Shown: in pieces, positions 38,391-51,844 of the stretch | Position numbering within the stretch: the stretch's first letter is position 1 | Layout: each line of letters begins with the position of its first letter | Origin: the human T2T-CHM13v2.0 reference genome, Homo sapiens | Length of the DNA stretch: 64,000 bases | Reading direction: 5' to 3' (one strand) | NCBI RefSeq assembly: GCF_009914755.1 | Contig: NC_060937.1 | Notes under the pieces: generated by a model | Told to the model about the DNA's origin: nothing | Databases searched by the model: none | What the model saw: only the letters and a program-made list of their open reading frames with translations | Translations under genes and position numbers: made by a program

Positions 38391-39289
38391 AAATCAATTT
38401 TTTTTGGTTCATCATAAGAACCTTTGAATGGGCCCAGGTTTGAAGGCCAGCTGTGCCATCAATAAAACTGAGTACAAAATACATGGCTCTGGCATGATTA
38501 AAATAAATGTAAGGTAAATTTTCTTGCACACCTGAATTGTTTGAAGAAGAGTTACACCTTTCACATGGAAGTATAGAATAAATTAATATATGTTACTTTT
38601 ATTAACTGAATCCTGCCCTTCTTTGCTCAGAGATGTCAAAAAATGTGCTCAAGATCACACAGCAAGTAAATGGTAGAGCCTGGTCTGTATGATTTAAAGC
38701 CTATACTCTCCCCCACGTATCTGCTGGCTGTAGCCTGAATCATTGCATAGATGACAGGATATTATGGCAAAACAGCAGTCAAGCTAGTAAAGTATAGTTT
38801 GTTGGTAGGCAGCAGAGAATAGAGCAGATCTGACCTTTGTTTATTTAACAAGTATTTATCCTACAATTCCTATGCATAGAGGAGACATAGACTGTAACCT
38901 AAAAGATGTCCAGAAAGATTAAGCTGGTTATGTGACCTGCTAGCTGTATGGCCATATGCAGGTTATTTAACTTCTCTGAGCAACATTTTATTCACTTACA
39001 AAATACAAGAAATAGGTGTACCCCTCTAAATGGAAGCTTTGAGGGTCAAATGCAGCCCTTTTGCAAAAGTGCAGTGTAATCACTATAGAAACTACTCCAG
39101 ACTGAGAAAGTACTACCCTCACAGAAAACTGGGTGGCATCTAGTTCCTGAATGATGACAGTGATGACAGTAAGATTGGAAAGGTTAGGTGTGGGAAATGG
39201 TTTGAGAGTAAAGGAAAACAATTAAGACCACCAGAAATTGTATCTTTGGAAAACCAGGCTGATAGTATGTTGAGTATTAAATATCAGTA

Positions 39290-39510
39290 TACTGAGTTCT
39301 TACTATGTGTTAGACACCATGCAAAGTTCTTTAACCCATTTACTCCTTATAACAACCTGTTATAAGGTTGTATGGCTATGATCCATATATAACAGGAAAG
39401 GAAACAGACTTAGCTAACCAGAGACCTGCCCCACATTACATAGTTTCATGAGGAATAAACACTGGGTTTGAAACCAACTCCATACAGCTGCAAAGCTCAT
39501 ATTCTTATCT
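39290..39510 (-). mobile_element. MIR
   Basis: ACTGAGTTCTTACTATGTGTTAGACACCATGC...AGGAAACAGACTTAG...CTGGGTTTGAAACCA. Confidence 0.7.
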
Positions 39511-41265
39511 GTTCTCATTACTAATAATAACCAGGTATTCTTACGCATGTATTCTGTAACACAGCCATCTGAACTGTGAATCTGAGGAATTTACTCCATG
39601 CTCTCCTTGTCAGCATCTTCACAACCCTGTACATTACGTTTCCCACACCCTAGGAGCTGAGACAGCTCCTCTGTCAGCCTCATTTGTGGATTGGTTGGAG
39701 TAGAAATTACCCTGGTGTACTCACTGTTTTAGCACAGATTTCGGGAAGAAAGAATAATTTCAGGACTTGCAGGATGGAAACGTAGGTAGCTTCATTGTTT
39801 TAGAAGAAAGTTGTATCTCAGGCATTGACTATGTCATGAAAGGAACTGAAAAAATCTCACAAAGAGGACAATGAGTTGATGATTCTGGGCTAAGTAGAAT
39901 ATAGAATGAAAGTAGCATGTGATAACAGAGTGACCCATTTCCAGGATGGACTAACTCAGTGGTTCTGATAAGAAAAGGAAAATGTTCATTGGGGGTTTGA
40001 ATATTTAGGGTTTCAATATTAACTGGAAAGGTTGAAGCTCTTAGGTATGAACTGCAGGGTTTTAAGGAGAAAATGGCTGACATCTGATCCACATGCAATA
40101 AAGAGTTCTCATCCAGCTTTCTAAAGAAAACAAAGATGACAATGAGCGGAGTCAGGGTCTGAGAACGCAGACGTGGAGAAAGAAAAAGCAGAACGCAGAA
40201 TAAAGGCCATATAAACTAACTCATCAGTGTGGCAGAAAGCATTGTGTGAAGGCAAAAAGCATGTGGTATTTACTTGCTGTTCTGTGCCTATTAAGTGTAC
40301 CATATTAACAATCAACCAACATTCCACCATGTGAGGAAGTTGACTTTAAATATAAGCACCTACCATGAAATGAGCAAAGGAATTTCATTTAATTTGATGA
40401 CTAAGTTTAAAATGTTTTTCAGCTTTATTAATGTATGCTGCTTTCACGACATTGCCAGCCTTCACATTGTTTTATTAAAATAATAAACAAAACAATTTAA
40501 GTAATCTTGTAGCAGTTAGCAATTGCATTTAGAAAAAAAAAATCCATAGTGGTGACTACTCTTTTAAGATCTCTGCTATAAACAGACAAATTGAATACAG
40601 CATGCAGGGACTCTGAGTGCAATCACATGCCAGCTTTCCAGATTGAGCACTACAGGGAAACTCTGAAGCCCCGCCCACCATGAATTCTGAATGTCTCGTG
40701 AGGGATTTACTAATATGGAGGCATTCACTGATATTTTCCCAAATAAACATTAAAGTTTGTGGTTTGTCAATTTGCAAAAGTGGACATGAATTCTTTAATA
40801 AACGCCAGACTTCAAATCTTCTAAATATCAACATGTTGGAAAATCTCATGTTGGATAAACAGGTTTATCCATTTACTAGGCTGACATCTGTGGATGAAGA
40901 GGTAGGATGGTGCCAGGCTATAGTTGGAAATGCATTCATTTACGTGGCCTAGGAAGATGGTCCTTACTATTTGTATATTCCTTCCTCATTATTTATTTTC
41001 TTATTTTTAAGTTGTATATGTATATGTGTATATCTGGGCTTCAATTCTGACTGATATTTTATGATATTTAGCAAAAGATTCTATCCTATTTGGTACAAAA
41101 CCTATTGAAAATAGAGTTGAAAATATCAGAACATTTTATAAAATAGAGAAAATAGTCTTGAAAAACTAAAAGAAAAGAAAAAAATGAAGCAAAATATTGG
41201 CAAACAACATCCAGGCTTAATTTACTCCCCCGTGTTACTGGGAATTTTTAAAAATTAAAACTTAA

Positions 41266-41586
<321 letters not shown>

Positions 41587-41590
41587 TTAA

Positions 41591-41881
41591 GGCCAGGCGC
41601 AGTGGCTCATGTTGTAATCCCAGCACTTTGGGAGTCTGAGGCAGGTGGATTATCTGAGGTCAGGTGTTCGAGACCAGCCTGGCCAATGTGGCGAAACCCT
41701 ATCTCTACAAAAAATACAAAAGTTAGCCAGGCCTGGTGATGCATGACTGTAATCCCAGCTACTCAGGGCTGAGGCGGAGAATCTCTTCAACCCGGGAGGT
41801 GGACGTTTCAGTGAGCCGAGGTTGCGCCATGTTGCACTCCAGCCTGGATGACACAGCGAGACACCATCTCAAAAACAAACA
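41591..41881 (+). mobile_element. AluS (Sx/Sq-like; second of the tandem pair)
   Basis: CTGAGGTCAGGTGTTCGAGACCAGCCTGGCCAA, followed by AAAACTTAA. Confidence 0.96.
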
Positions 41882-44569
41882 AAAACTTAACGTAAGCTCA
41901 AAAACGTAGTTTGGAGTACAGCAGAACATAACCTAGACAGAAACAACCCATGAGTCCTGCACAGAATAGAGAATGAAAGAGACAAAGTTGAGAAGACTCG
42001 ATGCATTGAAATAAGTGAGAGATAAAATGATATAGTCAAATATGGGAGGATGGTAGTTTAATTTCTTTTTCCTGTGAAAATAAGTTAATTTTCATTGTCT
42101 GATTTCAAGTTAAGGAATTCGGTACTGGCACAGAAAGAAGAGGAAAGAGGACAGAATAGATAAGATCAAATATTATATTCAAATAATTAAATATAAAGAT
42201 CATTCCTTGGAGAGCTACACATGGCTCTGCTTTCTTAATTGTTCACATTTAGTCTACTAAACAGACTCAGCTGTTGGAATTTTGGGGCATCTAGGAGTTT
42301 GAGGGGTGAGAGGAGTTTTTTTGAAATGAGTGAAATGAAATTTGACTAATACATGTACTTAAAAAGAAAGGAGCTCTCCAAGGTACTTGGAGATAAATAT
42401 TGTTTTTCACGTGTGCATTTGTCCACCTACTCGACTGCTATTTATTGGTTGTGTTGTGTGTCAGTCAATTTTCTAAGTGCTCGGGATATTTCAAGCTACA
42501 AACCAAAGGTACCTTTTCTCCTTGAGCTGCCATTTTAGGGTAAGGGACAGTAGATACACATAAACATGATGGATGAGTAAATGTATAGTATTTTAGAGAA
42601 TGATCACTGCTTTAGAAGAAGAAATAAAAAAAGCAGACCTAGCCAGAAATTGCCCATTTACTTATTTGGACATTCAGGAAGCATGCTGATTTTCAGACAG
42701 AACATTCTAAACAAATTTGAGAACATCATGGTCATATATTTGGAAAAGTGAATTTGAAGTAGAACTGAACGAGATAACAAGGCCAGAGTGATTCACAGGA
42801 GAAATGAAAGTGGGATTGAAATGCCAAGTGAACCATGAGGCCACAGTGATCCTGTGGGAAAGCAAATTGGAATAAGGTTGAAGTAAACTAGCAAAGCAAA
42901 TGCACAGGGAAATGGCGCAACACTCAGAGGATGTGCATCCGAGTCAGCCTTCAGGTGGGAACTTGCGCAAGGGCATAATTTAGTGTCTGCCTTCAGGAGA
43001 GCTCTGCTAATAGCTGATAAAAATCACTAAGGAATACTTGTGATATGTGTTTACAATCAGTCACAACTTACAGAATTAAAAAAATATATTATTTACAGGG
43101 GTCTCCAACCAGAACTACAATATTCAAAATTCTCAAAGAGGAAAAAAAAATTCTCTGGTCACTCAATTCCAATTTATTTGATTGCAGGTTATTAACAATA
43201 AAGTTGTATTGTGCACAGAATACTGAATGAAGAAGAGAATTCTTACGTTATACTGTATCAGAGGATCCGGGAGGAGGAAAAAAAAAAACTTTTCAAAGAA
43301 AACACATTAAAGGATGTAACTACTAAAGCCAGTAAAACTACTAAGTAATGGTTTCCAAAAAACCTACTGTTTTAAGAATGGTGTTCATGCCCCGAGGTTG
43401 TCCCAGGGCACTGTTTCAGGAGGACAGCACTCAGTGCATGGTTTATCCAGGGGTTTCCGTCTGTCCATTATTATGAAGGCAATGGAAGCTGTTAAACAAT
43501 AGCTGCTTTGGGTTGGGAGAAGGAAGAGTTGCTGAGGAACCCCATTAACTCTTTATCAGCCAAACAGAAGTTTCAGCATATAATATATAATATCAAAACA
43601 TTAAATGAAATTAAATCTACCTGACCTAAAATAATGAACACTATTTTCTGGCCAAAGAAATGGTTTTCTTCCATTACAGCCAACTGTCTTGATATTACCA
43701 AGATTAGCAAGTAGAGAGAAAAGAAGTAGCTTGAGAAAGAGTTTTCAGGTATTATTCAGTTAGAATTAAGTATCAGTTAATTCTAGAGATAGTAACTATC
43801 TCAAACTACAGAGAATGGACATTTTAACAAATGTAGTGCTCTGGTTAAAGTTGCCAATAATATCTTGCATTAATTTTTATGAAATATGCTTTAAAAATTG
43901 GAATTGCGGAAGTAAAATGAATGCTGTAAGGATTAATTTTTTAATGCTTTATGATGATCTTTAGTGTCTTCTGTCAACATTATAAATATTAATTGTAATT
44001 TTTACATGAGAAAATTATAGCACACAGAAATTCATTTGTACTAGCTCAAGTTATACTTTTAACATTGTTTTTGGGGGTTCAGAGAAATATAATTGTTTTC
44101 TATATGTATAAGAAAAAATGCACATGAAAGCAAAAATGATCAGTTGCTAAAGGGGTCAGTCACACTGGTTCTCTGATGAAGATTTTCTGTTCTAAGAGTT
44201 TGTATTGTATTTCATGATTGAAAGAGTACAAATGAATTTCAGGCCTCCCTAAGCAACTTACATTCCTTCACTCAGTGTATCTTCACAGTAAATGTCTAGA
44301 AATAAAATGTTGAAGAGCCACGATTATTACAACAGAAAGTAAGGAGAGGATTGAAGCTATACCTGAAGAAATGAGCTCAGAGATTATGAGATGTCTTTTG
44401 ACATAAATTGGAAAGCAGGGAAACATTTCATAAGGTAGGATTAATTGTGACCACAGTAGCTAACGCTTATTAAAGAGTCACACAGTGCCTGGCACCCAAA
44501 TAAGCTTTCTACATTCAATTCCTCATGCATGAAGTTTATTCACCCAATCATTAATTTATCCAACCCTTA

Positions 44570-44740
44570 TGATGTGATTCTCAACAGGGTTGCTTCTGTC
44601 ACTGGTGGACGAACTCTTCCCTGTGTACGACTGCCTGCCCGTGCATCATAGAACGTTTGCATCACCATCCACTAAATGCTGGCAGGGTGCCCCAGTCTTC
44701 TAGAATGCTTCCCCGCATATTTTTCAACACATGGGGTAAG
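44570..44740. mobile_element. Old hAT-type DNA transposon fragment (MER20-like)
   Basis: GTGATTCTCAAC start and CCACTAAATGCTGGCAG...CCCCAGTC motif; degenerate. Confidence 0.45.
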
Positions 44741-45835
44741 GTGATGCCAAGCCCAGGGTAGACCCCTGCCTGTGAGAGCTGAAAGAATATGACCTCTGAC
44801 CCTGAGAGTCCATGCAGCAGTGGGGTCCTCTCCAAATCTCCACGGGATAAGGCTAAGAAAGACGTACCCAGTGATCTATGCTTTACACTGTATATTTTAA
44901 CATACATTGATGTACTTTCTCTAAGGTGTGAGGTCATACATCTAAACATTAAAAAATAGGAATATATAAAGTAAGCTTTATAAGAAGTGATTTTGCATTC
45001 ACACAGCATGACTAGAAGGCCCCAAACTCACTGGATAAAATGCCTGCATCTTTAAACTGCGATGTGATACTGGCTCTAATATAAAGAAATGCATCCATGA
45101 GGACAAAATATGTGCCATTTCAATTAATCACAATTTATGCAATTGGAATTTCATTTGCAACAGAAAATTCATCCAGAGAAAATCTGACTTATAGTTCATC
45201 CCACCAAATTAAAACAAATAGTAAATCCCAGTAACTTTATACATATTCAAAGAAAAAACACTATTTACTATTTTACAATTGATTTCTTAGTGTAATAGAA
45301 AACCTATATAGTTTTTCCCCCGATCTCTACTTAAACTTAGTAACATAAAATAAAACTAACTTTCCAAGTCCTGATAAAATGTTTTCTTTCATTATAGTTT
45401 CATACAAAACGGTATATTAAGTTGACTATTATATCCCCCCTTATAAAGCACTAGTTAGAATAACAAATTCAAATGTATTATTCTATCTTACATGTAATGG
45501 TTTTAGTAGCTTCACTATTAATAATTAAATTATGCTTTGCTTTTGTCTTTTAATGGGGGTATATACAGGTATATCGTATGTGCTTCAAGAGGAGTTGCTC
45601 TCATCAGCTGGTTAGTGGGTGGCTAGCCCAGTGTCCCACAGTTTAAAGTAGCCCATTGCCAAATAAACTATATATACCTAGGAGTACAAGAAAGACTTTT
45701 GAAAAATACATAGGCATAGACCACTTTTAATTCTGTACTCTCCTGAAATTGGTCTGTTCAGGATCTTGGTGGAGATAGAAGAACTGGTTCTCCTTTTCTA
45801 CCTCTGTTTTCACAAGCACCTTTCTTCTTCAACTT

Positions 45836-45892
45836 ACACACACACACACACATACACACACACACACACACAGAAACACACACTCACACACA
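45836..45892. repeat. Interrupted (CA)n microsatellite
   Basis: AC run interrupted by AT, AGAA and TC. Confidence 0.95.
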
Positions 45893-46521
45893 GCGTATCT
45901 CTCACATATCATAAATCTTACTAGGTCCCTATCTTAAGGGATACGATTTTCCAGGTTGCATGTAAAAAAGGAGACAATTAGAGATACTGTTATAGGTAAT
46001 AAAGAAATAAATCCTCTTCCGCTTGCAACAAAAATGCTTTTGCAATTGAAGGAGAAAATAATGGATTTATCTGTTGACCACAAAGAAAAACCTCATTTCC
46101 CAGAGCTGGGCCTTATGTTCCCTCTTAATGCTATTGGATATTTTTCTCGTATTTCGTATCCTCTCCCCTACGCCACTGAAACAAACACAAATACTTATTT
46201 TTCCTTTAATTTCTTGGACCCTTTCTCAATCTCTCCATATAGACGGCTCATCTTATACCACTTCTTACAGTGTTTCTCTCCAATATAGTTTTAGGTGTCT
46301 AATCTTTTTGTGCATCCTTTAAAGAAATTCATCCATCCCTAAAGTTTCACTGATAAATATTTGTCTTCTATCTTTTCCAGAATTTATCTGTATATATGTG
46401 GTTTCTTCTCTACAGGCCACCTACTAGATTCAGTTTAAGATAAACTTTCCTTCAGTTCATATTTGTCTGGTGAATGATATTAAATAATTTTCATTTCCCT
46501 AGGAGATTTGAAATATCCAGA

Positions 46522-46828
46522 TTTTTTTTTTTTTGAGACAGTCTTGTTCTGTAGCCCAGACTGTGGTGCAGTGGTGTGATCTCGACTCACTGCAACCTCC
46601 GCCTCCTGAGTTCAAGAGATTCTCCTGCCTTTGCGTCCCGAGTAGCTGAGATTACAGGTATGTGACACCATGCTCGACTAATTTTTCTTTTTTTTCTTTT
46701 TTGTATTTTTAGTAGAGACAGGGTTTCTCCATGTTGCAGGCTGGTCTCCAACTCCTGACCTCAGGTGATCCACCTGCCTCGGCCTCCCCAAGTTCTGGGA
46801 TTACAGGTGTGAGCCACCGTGCCTGGCC
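46522..46828 (-). mobile_element. AluS (Sx/Sq-like)
   Basis: Full dimer with expanded middle T-tract. TSD TCCAGATT at 46516 and 46831. Confidence 0.96.
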
Positions 46829-47275
46829 CCTCCAGATTCTTTAAAAGGAAGTTCTGCAAAAATGACATGTTGAAGAAATTTAGGAGTGTGAACTCCTAAG
46901 CTCAGTATGTCTAACTGGATCTATCATTGGTTTCTCATCTGAAACTACCATTTGGTAATTGTTACTATATGAATGGATAAACCAGTTGGCAGTTGCAAAG
47001 GGAGATGGATGTCAGAGGATTAAGGAGAAGAACTAATGAGGTCATTCTGAAAATTATCCAGGAAACGGTACTGGATATCATAAGGAGGGAGGAATTCAGA
47101 GCCATTGTTCTCCACATTTGCTATTCCCCTGGGTCATCAAAGACAGCAAAACATTGCCATCAAACATTGCCTTCAATATGCACTGTCATTCTCCAGGTGG
47201 CATAGTTTAATGTTCACAGGTATTTTAGAATCTCAGTAGCAAAAGTGCCCTTGTGCACCACTGCACAATAAGAAA

Positions 47276-47449
47276 TTTTTTTTAATTTTATTATTATTAT
47301 ACTTTAAGTTTTAGGGTACATGTGCACAACGTGCAGGTTTGTTACATATGTATACATGTGCCATGTTGGTGTGCTGCACCCATTAACTCGTCATTTAGCA
47401 TTAGGTATATCTCCTAATGCTATCCTTCCCCCCTCCCCCCACCCCACAA
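47276..47449 (-). mobile_element. Severely 5'-truncated young L1 (L1PA3/4-like), 3' UTR only
   Basis: TTATTATTATACTTTAAGTTTTAGGGTACATGTGCACAACGTGCAGG...CCCCCCACCCCACAA; very close to the consensus as I recall it. Confidence 0.95.
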
Positions 47450-49020
47450 TTTTATATGCATATCCAACTCCAACCTTTCTTGGGAATCACTGATACAGAG
47501 TTCCAGTTGTCAAGTCTAGTCAATGAGGTAACGGTTGGAGCAGGAGAGATTGCCTTCTTAAGGGTGGCTGCTCTTAGTTTTCAAGTCTTGGTGTCTGGAA
47601 GGTTGGTAGTACCTATCTATGGGAATAAGGCAAATCAGAATGATGGGTACATTTAAGATAAAAATAACAAATTATTTCGGTTTGAATTTTATCCCTAAAA
47701 TGAGGATTGATTTCTTTTCTGATTATGAAAATATGTGATGAATCCAAAGAAAACCAATACTAAAAAAGAAGTAATTACATGCTATGTTATAACCTCTTAT
47801 TTTCATTTTAAAATATAATAAGGATGCATTTTATATCAACAAATGTAAATCTACAATGGCTATATAAAATTTCATTATATGGAGTTACCTTTAATTTGTG
47901 TAGACAATTCCCCACTGCTGAATATGGAAGAGTTTTCAACGTTTTGGCTGTAAAATAATGATGAGCTTTGATTATACCTCTCTATACATATTTTTAAAAA
48001 TTCTAAACAGTGCTATTATGGGGTCAAAGGGCAGGCCATAGAAACTTTGGGTACTTCTTAACAACCTGCACTCAAAAATTTCTTCCAGTTTAAATTTCCA
48101 CAAATAATGCATGAAAATTTCTATTCCAACATTCAGAAGTAATATGATTTTTCAAATGCAAAAAGTTGAAGATGTCGGAAAAGTCAAGTGGAAGTGAGCC
48201 AGTTGATTGAAAATGATTGTCTGCAGATCAATAAAGAGGCCAGAGCAGAAGTAGAGGTTTGAGAGCTACTTCTTTGATTATTCGAGAAGTCATTAAAATT
48301 AATGTAATTTTTCAAATAAAAAAGTATGTGAAGGAAGATGACATTTCTAGGTTTCTATGTTAATACAATGTCAACATTTAAAGGATGGTACGAAACGGAT
48401 CCACAGAAAAAAGTTAGAGCAGGATGATCAACCAAGCAGCAGGAAGAGGATAAGGGGAAGTATAACAGAAAGCAAGGTAGATGGGATGATTTTTAAAGCA
48501 GAATTAGAATACTGCATAATAATAATTAGCACTTGAAACATTTTGCCTCCCAAAGCCTCAAAGCACTTTGCAGCCTAATCATTTGTACCCTTGGTACAGA
48601 GATAGTAACTCAATAGGAAAACTTAGGGAAAACGAATAAGATGGATGGCTCAAAAGTTTACTCGACCTTGGCAATTTCAGGAACTCAAAACCTTGGGTTA
48701 AGAAAGGAAATGTTGACTCTCAGCTAAATTACTGTATATATAATATTTACGCATTCTCAGTTTCAGATGATTTCTAGAGCCATAGTTCAGCAGCTGCAGC
48801 TTAAAAGCTGTGAATTTAAACATCTCAGTATAACAGCTGAGGAACTTGTTCTCAGAGAGAGAGAGAGAAAAAAAAATATCCCAGGAGACATAGAGAGCTT
48901 CCAAGCTTCCAAGTTTAGCCCACCAGTTCTGTCCTTGTTTTCAACATGGGGTTTTGGCAAGATTAACCTGTAGAAAATCCGGCAAATCTCAAACATTTCA
49001 AGAAACTATATGAACCCCTA

Positions 49021-50040
49021 TTTTTTATTGCATTTTAAATTAACATACAGTAAATTTGACTTTCTTAGTGTGTATAGTTCTATGAATTTTAACACATGGA
49101 GATTTCTGTAACTACCACCATCAGGATTAAGAAGAGTCCCGTCACCCCCAAAAACTCCCTCATACAATCCACTTACTGTCACACAATCTCCTCAATCCTG
49201 AAGTTGATGGTCAATAATCTGTTCTCATCTTCATAGTTTTGTCTTTTCCCAAATGTAATAGAAGTGGAGTCATGCAGTTTGTAACCTTTTCAGAATGACT
49301 TCTTTCACTCAGGATATGCCTTTGAGATTCATCTATGTTGTTGCTGCATGTATCAATATTTCATTTCTTTTTATTGCTGACTAGAATTTCATAGTATAGT
49401 TGTACCACAGTTTGTTCATCCTTTCACCCCGTGGAAGATGCTTGGGTTGGTCCCAGTTTGGGGGCATTATAACTTCTAAAAACATCTATGTACAAACTTT
49501 GGTATAAACATATATTTTTCTGTCTGTCTGGGTAAATACTTGAGTGGGATTTTTTTAGTCAGATGATAAATTGATATTTAATTTTATAAGAAATTGACAA
49601 TCTGTTTTTCCAACGTGGCTCTACTATTCTGTGCTGTTTACTATTTTGCTTCAACAATGCACGAGAGATCTAATGCTCTGCACATTTACCAGCCCTTGGT
49701 ATTGTCTATATTTAAGTGTCTGTATTATAAACACTTAATTTTAAATCATTCTAATGGGTTGTGGTATTCTATAGTGATTTTAAATTGCATTTTTGTAATG
49801 GCTAATGATGTTACATTTTGTGCTTATTTACTATCCATATATCCTATTTCATAAAGTGTCTGTACATGTTTTCTTCTCATTTTTTAATTGGTTTGTTTCT
49901 GTTTTCTAAACCATTGAGTTTTAAGTGATTTTATAATATTATACACACAGACATATTCTGGATACAAGTTATTTGCCAGATATATACTTTGCAAATAATC
50001 CCCATCCCCCTAAGTTGATGGTTTGTCACTTTACTTTTAA
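49021..50040 (-). mobile_element. L1MC/MD 3' fragment
   Basis: TAACATACAGTAAATTTGAC...GTTCTATGAATTTTAACACATG...TGGCTAATGATGTT...ATTCTGGATACAAGT. Confidence 0.85.
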
Positions 50041-51487
50041 CTGTCTTTTTTTACCATCTCAATTTTCATGTATTTTCTTATTATTGTAAGAGCTACTACT
50101 TCTCCATCTCTATTTTCTTTTCATGAGCATCTGTATGTTCAGATAAATGGGAGTACGATCTTAAGATAACTTGAATTTTAAGATATACCTACCACAGTGC
50201 CTCTGAACTCACCTCTTCTGTGAGGATTCATCTACTGAAAGCTTTTCCTGGCAGCAATATATGTACCTCTTTCTGATGCCTTTATCTCTTAATTCTGTTT
50301 CAATTGATTGTTTTATGTTATCTATGTATCCCTAGCAGAGAAACTGAGGACTCCTTGTACAGGGTAGTTATTTGTGTAGATCATTTAATATGTATTATTC
50401 ATCTCATCCATTATTTTCCAAGGCAATACAGCAAGCCTGACAATCTTAGAGGATTGAGTTGCATTCTAATGACAAATAAGGTTACTGTAGAAGGACGAAC
50501 ACTGGTAAATTATTGTTTAGCAAGGGGACTCTAACAGAGTGTTAGGAATTGCTGTTTTATCAATATAATTGATATGATTTAAAGATCAAAACAACAGAAG
50601 ATAAACTGAAACTACAGGCAGGAATTAACCATGGGTAGAGATACAGCTCATGCGTGTGTTTAGAGAGCATTAAACTTAAGATACTCAAAATCAGTGAAAA
50701 TCTATCCAACTTCTGAAGATCCTTTATGATTAAGAAATAGCATCTGCTGTTCAGTAAAGAAATGAGTCCAGAAAGACACTTTCAGACATGAGACAGCTTG
50801 GAAAGCGTTTGTCTACTAATGACAGGATGAAATTAAAGTGAGAGCAAGTATAGTCTAACCTAGTTTTGACACAATTGATCTTAGGCTGAAGAACCATGAA
50901 GTCTCTTGAATAAGGGCACTAAGAAATTAGGACAAGCATGATTCATATAAGCCCCAATGTTTGCAATGTGTCTTTCAGAGTTTTCTAATTAACCCCAGTG
51001 AAATTTCAAACACAGTTTTTTCTATTGCCTTAAGTGGTAAGGAAAAAAATAAATGTCAGATAGGACTATGATGTGCTAGTTTTTACTTGGGGAATTACAG
51101 CTGCTGACCCGCTGTCATTAGATCACTTTGATGTGTGGAAGCATGAGTGGATTTCTGCTGATCTCTCTCTAGGCTTACCTTGGCTCCTTTGTGATAAATT
51201 AACATCAGCGAAGCGTTCAGGGGACATCTTTGGGAACATGAACAGAGAAATTCTGACAGGCCAGAAGAAGAAAAAAAGCTCTGAGAATGGCATAGATATG
51301 TTCGATTTTGGAAGTTTAAATCTTTAGTTTTCAAAGAGTTAATTAAAACAGTAAAACGTTTTAATTACGCATATGCATGGGGCATGCAAGTATGCACACA
51401 CAAACACAAACATACACGTTTTCCATGGCTGATAATTAAATACAGATTTATATGCCTCAATTTAAAATGCTCTGGGCACGTAAAGTC

Positions 51488-51844
51488 TGATATGGTTTGG
51501 CTGTGCCCCATCCAAAGCACATATTGAATTGTAGCTCCCACAATTCTGTGTTGTCTGAGCCACCCGGTGGGAGATAATTGAATCATGGGGGTGGTTTCTC
51601 CATACTGTTCTCCTGGGAGTGAATAAGTCTCACAAGATCTGATGATTACATAAGGAGAAACTTCTTTCGCTTGGGTCTCATTCTCTCTTGTCTGCTGCCA
51701 TGTAAGACGTACCTTTCTGCTTCTGCCATGATTGTGAAGCTTCCCCAGCCACGTGGAACTGTGAGTCCCTTAAACCTCTTTTTCCTTTTAAATTACCCAG
51801 TCTCAGGTATGTCTTTATCAGCAGTGTGAAAACAAACTAATACA
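51488..51844 (+). mobile_element. THE1 (THE1B-like) MaLR solo LTR
   Basis: TGATATGGTTTGGCTGTG...AACTAATACA. TSD AAGTC/AAGCC. Confidence 0.95.
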
